Shown: positions 36,488 through 46,183, counted from the stretch's first letter. The stretch: DNA of 57,747 nt from a virus (IMGVR_UViG_2917393062_000003:1-57747); one strand, 5' to 3'. The notes: generated by a model not told the origin, from the sequence alone. Numbers and translations are program-made.

Positions 36488-38132
36488 GTACGCAGAAGGC
36501 GTAAAAAACGGCAAAATTACGGCCTGTAAACGACTGAAACAGGCCGTTAAACGGTATTTTTCTGACCTTGAAAACCCCCTTTACACGTTCGATCCGGAGG
36601 TCGTGGAGCGGTTTATTGCCTTTTCTAGGGTGTGTCCGCACGTAAAAGGCGCAATGCGCGGTAGCCCCATTGAGCTGGAGCCGTGGCAGCAGTTCGCCTT
36701 TGCCTGCATCCTGGGCTTTAAGGTTAAGGCCACCGGACGGCGCAAATACACCAGCGCATTCATTGAAGTACCGCGAAAAAATGCCAAATCCACGGTCGCC
36801 GCTATCCTGGCTAACTGGTTTCTGGTTATGGAACACGGGCAGCAGGATATTTACACCGCCGCCGTGAGTCGTGATCAGGCGCGGATCGTGTTTGATGATG
36901 CGCGTCAGATGTGCCTTTTATCCCGACCGTTACGAAAGCGGGTAAATATTCAGGCGCACAAGGTGATACACCCGAAAACCAACAGCCTGTTAAAGCCACT
37001 GGCAGCAAAAGCGGCAACCATTGAGGGGACAAACCCGAGTCTTGCCATTGTGGATGAATATCACCTGCACCCTGACAACGGGGTTTATTCCGCGCTTGAA
37101 CTGGGAATGGGGGCGCGTCCGGAGGGGTTATTATTTGCCATCACCACATCGGGGAGCAACGTTGTTTCAGCCTGTAAACAACACTACGACTATTGCTGCC
37201 AGATACTGGATGGTGAAGAGGTGAACGAATCCATGTTCGTGCTGATTTACGAGCTGGATGATGAAAGCGAGGTTGACGATCCGGCGATGTGGATAAAGGC
37301 GAATCCCAATATCGATGTTTCCGTCGATCGTGAAAAACTGGCCTCAACCATCCAGAAAGCGCGGGGTATTCCGTCGCAGTGGGTGGAAATGCTCACCAAG
37401 CGATTCAATATCTGGTGTCAGGGGGCTACGCCGTGGATGGGTAACGGTGCATGGGCGGAGTGCGCCGGAACGTTCGCGGAGGCGGATTTATACGGGCAGG
37501 AGTGCTACGCGGGGCTGGACTTATCATCAACCAGCGATATTTCCAGCGTGTGCTATGCCTTTCCGGTCGGTAAAAAGATTATGCTGGTTTCCCGTCACTA
37601 TCTGCCGGAATTTCAGCTACAGAACCCCGCCAATAAAAACCGCGCCATCTATCGCCAGTGGGTAAAGGCGGGCTGGATACGCACAACACCGGGTGACTGC
37701 ATTGATTATGACCGTATCCGTGATGACATCATGGCGGATGCAGAGAATTTCAATATCAGGCTGGTGGGCTTCGATACATGGAACGCCACGCACCTGAGGA
37801 CGCAGCTACAGGGGGCAGGATTTGAGGTGGAGCCGTTCCCGCAAACATACCTTCGTTTCAGTCCGGCGGCGAAATCGTTCGAAGTTTTTGTTAACCGGAA
37901 GGTGATTGTTCATCGTGGTGATCCGGTGCTGGCCTGGTCAATGAGTAATGTTGTGATGCAGAGTGACGCGAACGCCAATATCAAGCCGAACAAGAAAAAA
38001 TCATCCAACAAGATAGACCCGAGCGTTGCGGCGCTGATGGCGTTTGGCACATTCCAGGCAGAGCATGAGGAATTTGCATTCGATATGAGCGACAGCCACA
38101 AAGAGCGGCTTGCGGCGTTTGATGGTGTGTAA
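36471..38132 (+). CDS. terminase large subunit (satellite, intact)
   Basis: 553 aa; TTG start overlapping terS; PRKNAKST Walker A-like; homologous to both split prophage terL parts. Confidence 0.85.
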   Translation: MTAWHEYAEGVKNGKITACKRLKQAVKRYFSDLENPLYTFDPEVVERFIAFSRVCPHVKGAMRGSPIELEPWQQFAFACILGFKVKATGRRKYTSAFIEVPRKNAKSTVAAILANWFLVMEHGQQDIYTAAVSRDQARIVFDDARQMCLLSRPLRKRVNIQAHKVIHPKTNSLLKPLAAKAATIEGTNPSLAIVDEYHLHPDNGVYSALELGMGARPEGLLFAITTSGSNVVSACKQHYDYCCQILDGEEVNESMFVLIYELDDESEVDDPAMWIKANPNIDVSVDREKLASTIQKARGIPSQWVEMLTKRFNIWCQGATPWMGNGAWAECAGTFAEADLYGQECYAGLDLSSTSDISSVCYAFPVGKKIMLVSRHYLPEFQLQNPANKNRAIYRQWVKAGWIRTTPGDCIDYDRIRDDIMADAENFNIRLVGFDTWNATHLRTQLQGAGFEVEPFPQTYLRFSPAAKSFEVFVNRKVIVHRGDPVLAWSMSNVVMQSDANANIKPNKKKSSNKIDPSVAALMAFGTFQAEHEEFAFDMSDSHKERLAAFDGV

Positions 38133-38212
38133 CGGAATGGATGAGAGAGGACAATGCTCATTTAATGGAATAAATTTTCAGTATTACCGGTACCCACTTT
38201 CAGGGATGTTTT

Positions 38213-38370
38213 TGCGGGTTATTTGAGGGGGAGGTGCGGGTTATTTTGAATGTCTTGCGGGTTACATTCTGGCTGATATTTAAATACGTTGTTTTTTAAC
38301 GCATTGATATTAAAGAGTAAAAAATACTTAGCACGCGAAGATAACCCGCTAACCCGCATAACCCGCGCTG
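38213..38370. repeat. second iteron cluster (AACCCGC units), crr-like
   Basis: three rc units at 38213-38264 and three direct units at 38341-38370; same repeat unit as 30133-30257. Confidence 0.55.
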
Positions 38371-38552
38371 TTTTGTATATATATACGAAAAATTGCATTC
38401 AGGGGGGGATCGAAATTTCTACTGCCTCTTATCTCTTTGAGTGCTCACCTCGTCAGATTGTTACACACAAGAAATAAAAAATGCTTCGCGATGGTAGGTC
38501 GAATCACTGTATCAAAAAACGGTGTGTATCAGCATTAAAACAATACAGATAC

Positions 38553-38573
38553 GTGTATTGCGCTGTGTATTGC
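38553..38573. repeat. 21-bp subterminal repeat, right copy
   Basis: GTGTATTGCGCTGTGTATTGC; one mismatch to left copy at 23343-23363. Confidence 0.5.
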
Positions 38574-38659
38574 TTGATGATTTATAAAGACTGTTTTTTC
38601 ATGTTAAACGATTGATATACAGGTGATTTTAAAAAACTTGAAATATTCTCACGAAACAC

Positions 38660-39385
38660 ATGAATGTGTGGGTCACTGCCGAATCTGCCTGGATGGACAT
38701 GATTAAGTGGGAGAAGTGCGAATACATTGCTCCACAGCATGAGCTGAAAACATATCCCATGTGGGTCGGCGTCGACCTTGCTCATAAGATTGATATCTGT
38801 GCGGCGGCAAAACTCTGGCGAACCGATAACGGACATGTTCATGCCGATTTTAAATTCTGGCTTCCGGAAGGACGGCTGGAACGATGCTCGCGGCAGCAGG
38901 CAGAACTTTACCGGAAGTGGGCAGAGATGGGGAAGCTCATCCTGACGGATGGTGATGTTATCGATCATGCTCAGATAAAAAGTGACTTACTGGAATGGAT
39001 TGGCGGTGAAAACCTCAGGGAACTGGGATTTGACCCGTGGAGCGCAATGCAGTTCAGTCTGGCGCTGGCTGAAGAAGGGATACCGCTGGTGGAAGTTCCG
39101 CAGACGGTCCGCAATCTGTCAGAGGCTATGAAGGAAACGGAATCACTGGTTTATGCCGGACGTTTCCACCACAGTAATCATCCGGTTATGAACTGGATGA
39201 TGTCTAACGTTACGGTAAAACCGGACAAAAACGACAATATCTTCCCGAATAAATCCACGCCGGAAGCCAAAATCGACGGCCCTGTTGCGATGTTTACAGC
39301 AATGAGCCGGATGCTGGTCAATGGCGGTGAACCGGAGCCGGATCTGTCTGAACATCTGGTCAGCGTGGGTATCCGTTCGCTTTAA
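38660..39385 (+). pseudogene. terminase large subunit, C-terminal part (continues the frame from 38642; would fuse to 22185-23212 on precise excision)
   Basis: 241 aa aligning with the last ~240 aa of satellite TerL; in-frame upstream codons encode NILTKH before MNVWV. Confidence 0.8.
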
Positions 39386-39396
39386 CCGAGGGCATT

Positions 39397-39579
39397 ATGT
39401 TTCTGATAATTCTCACGCCACTGGTGGGCGTGCTGGGGGCGCTTTTGCTGTCGTATGGCGCATGGCTGATTTATCCCCCGGCAGGTTTTGTTGTTGCAGG
39501 GGCGCTGTGCCTGTTCTGGTCGTGGCTGGTTGCGCGTTATCTCGATCGCGGTCAGCGGGTCGCCTCCGGAGGTGAGTAA
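39397..39579 (+). CDS. small membrane protein
   Basis: 60 aa, hydrophobic, SD GAGGG; between terL and portal. Confidence 0.4.
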   Translation: MFLIILTPLVGVLGALLLSYGAWLIYPPAGFVVAGALCLFWSWLVARYLDRGQRVASGGE

Positions 39580-40820
39580 TGTTTTTCCAGGGGCTTTTTC
39601 AGCGCAAAAATAACACTCCCGTTACAACACCCGGGATGCTTGCGGAAGAGCTGGGATTGTCATACGACACCTATACCGGAAAGCGGATCAGTAGTCAGCG
39701 GGCCATGCGGCTGACGGCGGTGTATTCCTGCGTCAGGGTGCTGGCGGAGTCTGTTGGTATGCTGCCCTGCAGCCTCTACAAAATCACCGGCACCCTTAAA
39801 ACACGGGCGGTGGATGAACGACTGCATAAGCTGGTTTCAGCCAAACCCAATGGCTACATGACGCCGCAGGAATTCTGGGAGCTGGTTATCGTCTGCCTGT
39901 GTCTGCGGGGTAATTTTTACGCTTACAAGGTGAAGGCGCTGGGGGAAGTTGTGGAGCTTCTTCCGATAGATCCGGGTTGTGTGGAACCGAAGCTGAACAG
40001 CCAGTGGCAGCCGGTTTATCAGGTGACGTTTCCGGATGGTTCCGTGGATGTGTTGACTCAGGATGAAATCTGGCATGTGCGTACTCTGACGCTGGACGGA
40101 CTGGTCGGGCTGAATCCCATTGCGTATGCGCGTGAGGCCATTTCACTGGCAGCGGCAACTGAGGAGCACGGCGCCAGGTTGTTTGGTAACGGTGCTGTGA
40201 CATCCGGTGTGTTGCGTACGGAACAAAAGCTCACGCCGGATGCTTATGAGCGCATGAAGAGGGATTTTGAGGAGCGTCATCTTGGGCTGGGTAATGCGCA
40301 CCGTCCGATGATTCTGGAAATGGGGCTGGACTGGAAGCCGGTGGCACTGAATGCCGAGGACAGTCAGTTCCTGGAAACCCGCAAGTTTCAGCTGGAAGAA
40401 ATCTGTCGTCTTTTCCGCGTGCCACTGCATATGGTGCAGAACACTGACCGCGCCACCTTCAACAATATTGAAGAGCTGGGGCTTGGTTTTATTAACTATT
40501 CCCTTGTGCCGTATCTGACCCGTATTGAACAGCGGATCAATACAGGGCTGGTCAGGGAGAGTAAAAAGGGAAAATTTTACGCCAAATTTAATGCCGGAGC
40601 GTTGTTGCGTGGTGACATGAAATCCCGCTTTGAAGCGTATGCCACGGGGATTAACTGGGGGATTTATTCCCCTAATGACTGCCGTGATCTGGAAGATATG
40701 AACCCTCGCCCGGGCGGTGATGTGTATCTGACGCCGATGAACATGACCACCAGACCCTCTGCTGGCGATGACAACGGTAAGAAAAAGGAGAGTGGAGATG
40801 CAGACAAAACAGCGTCTTGA
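39579..40820 (+). CDS. portal protein (prophage)
   Basis: 413 aa; SD GGAGGTGAG; position and length typical of HK97-type portal. Confidence 0.8.
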   Translation: MFFQGLFQRKNNTPVTTPGMLAEELGLSYDTYTGKRISSQRAMRLTAVYSCVRVLAESVGMLPCSLYKITGTLKTRAVDERLHKLVSAKPNGYMTPQEFWELVIVCLCLRGNFYAYKVKALGEVVELLPIDPGCVEPKLNSQWQPVYQVTFPDGSVDVLTQDEIWHVRTLTLDGLVGLNPIAYAREAISLAAATEEHGARLFGNGAVTSGVLRTEQKLTPDAYERMKRDFEERHLGLGNAHRPMILEMGLDWKPVALNAEDSQFLETRKFQLEEICRLFRVPLHMVQNTDRATFNNIEELGLGFINYSLVPYLTRIEQRINTGLVRESKKGKFYAKFNAGALLRGDMKSRFEAYATGINWGIYSPNDCRDLEDMNPRPGGDVYLTPMNMTTRPSAGDDNGKKKESGDADKTAS

Positions 40821-41448
40821 TATACCGCTGAACCTGAAATCCGTCAGTGATTCCGGGGAGTTTGAAGGTTACGGCTCTGTTTTTGGTATTAAGGACAGCC
40901 ACGATGATGTGGTGGTCCCCGGTGCTTTTACCGAAACACTTCAGAAATGGAGTGAAAAAAAGGCGCTGCCTGCGTTGCTCTGGCAGCACCGCATGGATGA
41001 GCCCATCGGTGTGTACACCGAAATGAAAGAAGATGATGTCGGGCTTTATGTCAGGGGGCGATTACTCGTTGATGATGATCCCCTGGCAAAACGTGCACAT
41101 GCTCATATGAAGGCCGGTTCTTTAACCGGCCTTTCTATTGGCTACATCCTGAAAGACTGGGAGTACGACCGTGAAAAAGGGGTATTCCTGCTGAAAGAGA
41201 TCGACCTGTGGGAGGTCAGTCTGGTGACGTTTCCTTCCAATGATGAGGCTCGCATCAGCGATGTGAAAAATGCGCTGGCGCGTGGGGAGATCCCTGATCA
41301 GAAAATTATTGAGCGGGTCCTGCGCGATGTTGGACTTTCGCGAACCCAGGCCAAAGCATTCATGGCCGGGGGATATGGCGCTTTATCCCTGCGTGATGCT
41401 GAGGATGTGGATGCCGCACTGAATGCACTGAAAAATCTTAAATTTTAA
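40798..41448 (+). CDS. prohead protease (prophage)
   Basis: start MQTKQRLDIP with SD AAGGAG; HK97 protease-like. Confidence 0.75.
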   Translation: MQTKQRLDIPLNLKSVSDSGEFEGYGSVFGIKDSHDDVVVPGAFTETLQKWSEKKALPALLWQHRMDEPIGVYTEMKEDDVGLYVRGRLLVDDDPLAKRAHAHMKAGSLTGLSIGYILKDWEYDREKGVFLLKEIDLWEVSLVTFPSNDEARISDVKNALARGEIPDQKIIERVLRDVGLSRTQAKAFMAGGYGALSLRDAEDVDAALNALKNLKF

Positions 41449-41462
41449 CCAGGAGAAAAATA

Positions 41463-42686
41463 ATGGCTGATGTTAAAGATGTGGAACAGGTCGCGCAGGA
41501 GTTGCAGCGGAAGTTTGACGATTTTAAGGAAAAAAACGACAAACGTATCGACGCGATCGAGCAGGAAAAGGGAAAACTTGCTGGTGAAGTGGAAACCCTC
41601 AACGGAAAACTGGCTGAACTGGAAAATCTGAAAAGCGATCTTGAAGCTGAACTGGCTGAAGTCAAGCGTCCGGCAGGCGGCACGCAAAATAAAGTTGCCG
41701 GTGAACATAAAGAAGCGTTTATCGGATTTATGCGCAAGGGGCGTGAAGACGGGCTGCGTGAGCTTGAGCGTAAGGCGCTTCAGGTAGGTAATGATGAAGA
41801 TGGTGGTTATGCCATTCCGGAAGAACTGGATCGCACCATTCTGACGCTGCTGAAAGATGAGGTGGTGATGCGCCAGGAAGCCACTGTGATCACCCTCGGT
41901 GGCTCGGATTATAAAAAACTGGTGAATCTGGGCGGCACAACGTCCGGATGGGTGGGGGAAACGGATGCACGTCCGGAAACCGCCACCTCAAAACTGGGGC
42001 TGATTGAACCCTTTATGGGGGAAATCTACGGCAACCCGCAGGCTACCCAGAAAATGCTCGATGATGCTTTCTTCAATGTGGAAGACTGGATCAACAGTGA
42101 GCTGGCGCTGGAATTTGCCGAACAGGAAGAAATTGCCTTTACCAGTGGCGACGGCAGCAAAAAACCAAAAGGTTTTCTGGCTTATGAGTCCACCGATGAA
42201 GATGACAAGACCCGTGCGTTTGGCAAACTTCAGCACATTGCTTCCGGCGCGGCTTCTGGCGTGACCGCTGATGCGATCATTAAACTGATTTACACCCTGC
42301 GTAAGGCGCACCGCAGCGGCGCGAAGTTCATGATGAACAACAGCAGCCTGTTTGCCATTCGTCTGCTGAAGGATAACGACGGAAATTATCTGTGGCGTCC
42401 GGGTATTGAGCTGGGTCAGCCTTCTTCTCTGGCAGGGTATGGCATCGTTGAGAATGAACAGATGCCGGATATTGCTGCCGATGCAAAAGCCATTGCGTTT
42501 GGTAACTTCAAACGTGGCTATACCATCGTTGATCGCATCGGTACCCGTATCCTGCGCGATCCGTACACCAATAAACCGTTTGTGGGTTTTTATACCACCA
42601 AGCGAACCGGCGGTATGCTGGTGGATTCTCAGGCGATTAAGCTGATGAAAATTGGGGCTGCAACCCGCCAGAAAGCCGCTGCGTAA
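41463..42686 (+). CDS. HK97-family major capsid protein (prophage)
   Basis: 407 aa with N-terminal coiled-coil delta-domain-like region; weak terminator follows. Confidence 0.8.
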   Translation: MADVKDVEQVAQELQRKFDDFKEKNDKRIDAIEQEKGKLAGEVETLNGKLAELENLKSDLEAELAEVKRPAGGTQNKVAGEHKEAFIGFMRKGREDGLRELERKALQVGNDEDGGYAIPEELDRTILTLLKDEVVMRQEATVITLGGSDYKKLVNLGGTTSGWVGETDARPETATSKLGLIEPFMGEIYGNPQATQKMLDDAFFNVEDWINSELALEFAEQEEIAFTSGDGSKKPKGFLAYESTDEDDKTRAFGKLQHIASGAASGVTADAIIKLIYTLRKAHRSGAKFMMNNSSLFAIRLLKDNDGNYLWRPGIELGQPSSLAGYGIVENEQMPDIAADAKAIAFGNFKRGYTIVDRIGTRILRDPYTNKPFVGFYTTKRTGGMLVDSQAIKLMKIGAATRQKAAA

Positions 42687-42732
42687 TGCGGTTTTTTTTG
42701 TGCCCGCGTAATGGCGGGCACAGGAGGAAAAT

Positions 42733-43056
42733 ATGCTCCTGAAAGAAGAGGAGATTAAATCTCATCTCCGGCTCGATGATGGTTTGTACAGTGACGGCGA
42801 TTTTCTGAAACTGCTGGCACAGGCGGTACAGAAAAGAACAGAGACATACCTGAACAGGAAGTTGTATGCACCGGAAGAGACGATTCCGGAAGACGATCCT
42901 GACGGGATGCATCTGACTGATGATGTTCGTCTGGCAATGCTGATGCTGGTCAGTCATTTTTATGAAAATCGCTCAACGATCACCGATGTGGAGAAGCTGG
43001 AAACGCCAATGAGTTTCAGATGGCTTGCTGGCCCTTACAGGATTGTCCCGCTATGA
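42733..43056 (+). CDS. head-tail connector (gp6-like)
   Basis: 107 aa; SD AGGAGG. Confidence 0.65.
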   Translation: MLLKEEEIKSHLRLDDGLYSDGDFLKLLAQAVQKRTETYLNRKLYAPEETIPEDDPDGMHLTDDVRLAMLMLVSHFYENRSTITDVEKLETPMSFRWLAGPYRIVPL

Positions 43057-43469
43057 AAATCAGGCAAAGTCAGACCAGTGCCACTTACCTTTTACCGGAT
43101 CCCGGAGAGCTGAATCGCCGAATAAAGATCCGCCTTCGGGTGGATGAACCCACCGCTGATTTTGGTACGGAGCCGACATATACGGAGTCGTTTGATGTCT
43201 GGGCAAAGGTGGCTCAGCCAGGCGCTGCCGCTTATCAGGGCTCAGTGCAGACAGAAAATATCGTTACGCATTATTTTACGATCCGTTTCCGTCACGACAT
43301 CACGGCAGATCATGAGGTGGTTTATTACGGTCAGGAGTACCGGATCCGGCGAATACGCGACCTGAACGGTCAGCGGCGTTTTTTATTGCTGGAATGTGAA
43401 GAACTGCGTACAGCGCGACGACGGGGTGAATGCCATGAATCAGACAGCATTTTTACACGTCGACTTTAA
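43053..43469 (+). CDS. putative head closure/adaptor protein
   Basis: ATGA-coupled ORF in the neck module. Confidence 0.45.
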   Translation: MKIRQSQTSATYLLPDPGELNRRIKIRLRVDEPTADFGTEPTYTESFDVWAKVAQPGAAAYQGSVQTENIVTHYFTIRFRHDITADHEVVYYGQEYRIRRIRDLNGQRRFLLLECEELRTARRRGECHESDSIFTRRL

Positions 43470-43959
43470 ACAACCAAAGGAGCTGGAGTTTAATCGCGCC
43501 CGTCTGCGTCGGGCATTTGTGCAGATCGGGCGCGTCTATATGCGCGACGCAAGACGTCTGGTGATTAAACGCGGACGATCCGGTCCGGGAGAGAACCCGG
43601 GATATCAGACCGGGCGTCTGGCCCGCTCCATCGGTTATTACGTTCCCAAAAAAACGACGCGTCGCCCCGGACTGATGGTGAAAATTTCTCCTAACCAGAA
43701 AAACGGGCAGGGGAATCGCCGTTTCCCTGAAGGCGCACCCTATTATCCGGCATTTCTGTATTACGGCGTTCGCCATTCAGCTTATGGAATGGATAAAAAG
43801 GATAAGCGGCAGAAGAAGCACCATTCTTCGGCTTTCCGACTGGCCCCGCGTAATAACTTTATGGCTGACGTTATTGAGCGGCGGCGTCACTGGACGCAGG
43901 AACTGTTGTCCCGTGAGCTGCAGCGTTCGTTACGTCCGGTAAAAAGGAAGCATAAATGA
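43435..43959 (+). CDS. putative neck/tail completion protein
   Basis: start MNQTAFLHVDF with SD; position in neck module. Confidence 0.4.
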   Translation: MNQTAFLHVDFKQPKELEFNRARLRRAFVQIGRVYMRDARRLVIKRGRSGPGENPGYQTGRLARSIGYYVPKKTTRRPGLMVKISPNQKNGQGNRRFPEGAPYYPAFLYYGVRHSAYGMDKKDKRQKKHHSSAFRLAPRNNFMADVIERRRHWTQELLSRELQRSLRPVKRKHK

Positions 43960-44519
43960 AGTTGACAACGATAATTGCGGCGCTGCGTGAGCGATGCCCG
44001 CGTTTTGAGAATCGCGTTGGTGGCGCGGCGCAGTTTAAGGCGATCCCTGATGCCGGAAAACTGCGACTGCCTGCTGCCTATGTTGTCCCCTCTGACGATG
44101 CGCCGGGGGAACAAAAATCACAGACCGATTACTGGCAGGATTTGACAGAAGGCTTCTCCGTTATTGTTGTGCTCAGCAATGAGCGTGATGAAAAAGGGCA
44201 GTGGGCAGCCTATGACGCCGTTCATGATGTCCGGAGAGAACTCTGGAAAGCCCTGCTTGGATGGATGCCGGATCCGCAGGGGGGCGAGATTGTTTATGCC
44301 GGTGGCACCCTGCTGGATCTGAACCGTTACGAACTGTATTACCAGTTTGATTTTACGGCGAAGTATGAAATCGCGGAAGAAGACACGCGACAGGCAGAGG
44401 ACGTGAATGCCCTGCCGGATTTATCCCTGCTGAGTATTGATGTGGATTACATCGATCCTGGTACTGGCCCGGATGGTGACATTGAGCACCATCTGGAAAT
44501 GCGTTTCCCTCAGAAATAA
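43956..44519 (+). CDS. putative tail terminator/completion protein
   Basis: 187 aa ORF immediately upstream of the sheath region. Confidence 0.4.
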   Translation: MKLTTIIAALRERCPRFENRVGGAAQFKAIPDAGKLRLPAAYVVPSDDAPGEQKSQTDYWQDLTEGFSVIVVLSNERDEKGQWAAYDAVHDVRRELWKALLGWMPDPQGGEIVYAGGTLLDLNRYELYYQFDFTAKYEIAEEDTRQAEDVNALPDLSLLSIDVDYIDPGTGPDGDIEHHLEMRFPQK

Positions 44520-44528
44520 GAGTCCCTC

Positions 44529-44690
44529 ATGTTTGTGAAACCCCTGAAAGGGCGGTCAGTTCCTGACCCTGCCCGTGGAGACCTTTTGCCTTCTGACGGG
44601 CGAAATGTGGAAGAAAGCAGCTACTGGCTTCGCCGTATAGCGGCGGGTGATGTGGTACGTGTTAAACAGGATAAGGCTAAAGAATCATGA
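44529..44690 (+). CDS. small protein upstream of sheath (53 aa)
   Basis: manual translation MFVKPLKGRSVPDPARGDLLPSDGRNVEESSYWLRRIAAGDVVRVKQDKAKES; ATGA overlap with sheath start. Confidence 0.35.
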   Translation: MFVKPLKGRSVPDPARGDLLPSDGRNVEESSYWLRRIAAGDVVRVKQDKAKES

Positions 44691-46183
44691 CAATAAGTTT
44701 TAGTGCTGTTCCGTCGGATACGCTGGTGCCGTTGTTTTACGCCGAGATGGACAATTCTGCGGCAAATACAGCAGTGACCAGCGCGCCTGCATTATTGATC
44801 GGGCATGCCAGCAACGATGCCGCCATTGAGGTTAACAGCCTGGTGCTGATGCCGTCGGCAGATTATGCCCGCCAGATTTGTGGGGCCGGGAGCCAGCTGG
44901 CGCGTATGGTTGACGTCTACCGTCAGACAGATCCTTTCGGTGAACTGTATGTTATTGCAGTACCGGAAGCCAAAGGGGCGGCGGCGACGGTCAGGGTGAC
45001 AGTTACCGGAGAAGCAGAGGAAAGCGGCACCCTGAGTCTGTATCTCGGGCGCTCCCGTGTACAGGTGCCTGTGGTGAATGGCGATGATGCCACTGCGGTT
45101 GCCGCCGCGATTAAGGAAGCGGTAAATGGGGTTATCACCCTGCCGTTTGCGGCGTCATCTGATGCAGGTGTGGTGACACTGACTGCCCGCCATAAGGGGC
45201 TGTATGGTAACGAGTTGCCTGTCTGCCTGAATTATTATGGTTCTGGTGGTGGTGAGATTCTGCCTGCGGGGCTTCAGGTTGTGACGGAAGCCGGAACTGC
45301 GGGTAGTGGCGCGCCTGATCTTACTGCCGCTGTTGCTGCTATGGGCGATGAGGCATTCGACTTTATCGGTCTGCCGTTCAACGATGCCGCCTCCATCAAT
45401 ATGATGATGACCGAAATGAATGACAGCAGCGGTCGCTGGAGTTATGCGCGCCAGTTATACGGGCATGTCTATACCGCAAAACTGGGAACGCTGTCAGAGC
45501 TGGTTGATGCCGGAGATATGCATAATCAGCAACATATCACGCTTGCCGGTTACGAAAAAGAAACCCAGTCGCCTGTCGATGAACTGGTTGCCAGTCGCCT
45601 TGCCCGTGAAGCGGTATTTATCCGCAATGACCCGGCCCGTCCGACACAGACGGGGGAACTGGTGGGGATGCTTCCGGCACCGAAAGGTAAGCGATTCATC
45701 ATGACAGAGCAGCAGACCCTTTTATCTCACGGCGTGGCGACGGCTTATGTGGAAGGCGGCACGTTGCGGATCCAGCGTTCCGTAACCACCTACAAAAAGA
45801 ATGCATATGGCGTGGCAGATAACAGCTATCTGGACAGTGAAACACTGCATACCAGCGCATACGTTCTTCGCAAACTGAAATCGGTCATCACAGGCAAGTA
45901 CGGACGCCACAAGCTGGCAAATGATGGTACCCGTTTTGGTCCGGGGCAGGCGATTGTTACTCCTGCCGTTATCAAAGGGGAGCTTCTGGCGACATATCGT
46001 CAGATGGAGCGTGCCGGTATTGTGGAAAATTACGATCTGTTTAAACAGTATCTGATAGTTGAGCGTGATGCGGATAACCCGAACCGACTGAACACGCTGT
46101 TCCCGCCGGATTATGTTAACCAGTTACGTGTCTTTGCGGTGGTTAACCAGTTCCGTCTCCAGTATTCAGAGGAGTCAGCATAA
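44687..46183 (+). CDS. contractile tail sheath protein (Mu gpL-like)
   Basis: 498 aa, followed by tube and chaperone genes in Mu-like order. Confidence 0.8.
   Translation: MTISFSAVPSDTLVPLFYAEMDNSAANTAVTSAPALLIGHASNDAAIEVNSLVLMPSADYARQICGAGSQLARMVDVYRQTDPFGELYVIAVPEAKGAAATVRVTVTGEAEESGTLSLYLGRSRVQVPVVNGDDATAVAAAIKEAVNGVITLPFAASSDAGVVTLTARHKGLYGNELPVCLNYYGSGGGEILPAGLQVVTEAGTAGSGAPDLTAAVAAMGDEAFDFIGLPFNDAASINMMMTEMNDSSGRWSYARQLYGHVYTAKLGTLSELVDAGDMHNQQHITLAGYEKETQSPVDELVASRLAREAVFIRNDPARPTQTGELVGMLPAPKGKRFIMTEQQTLLSHGVATAYVEGGTLRIQRSVTTYKKNAYGVADNSYLDSETLHTSAYVLRKLKSVITGKYGRHKLANDGTRFGPGQAIVTPAVIKGELLATYRQMERAGIVENYDLFKQYLIVERDADNPNRLNTLFPPDYVNQLRVFAVVNQFRLQYSEESA

Larger units (their letters stand above)
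23213..38648 (+). mobile_element. P4/cf-PICI-like satellite-type integrative element with own integrase, replication and capsid/packaging genes
   Basis: bounded by 7-bp direct repeat TCACGAA (23206-23212, 38649-38655); interrupts terL; int at left end; no tail genes. Confidence 0.7.
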
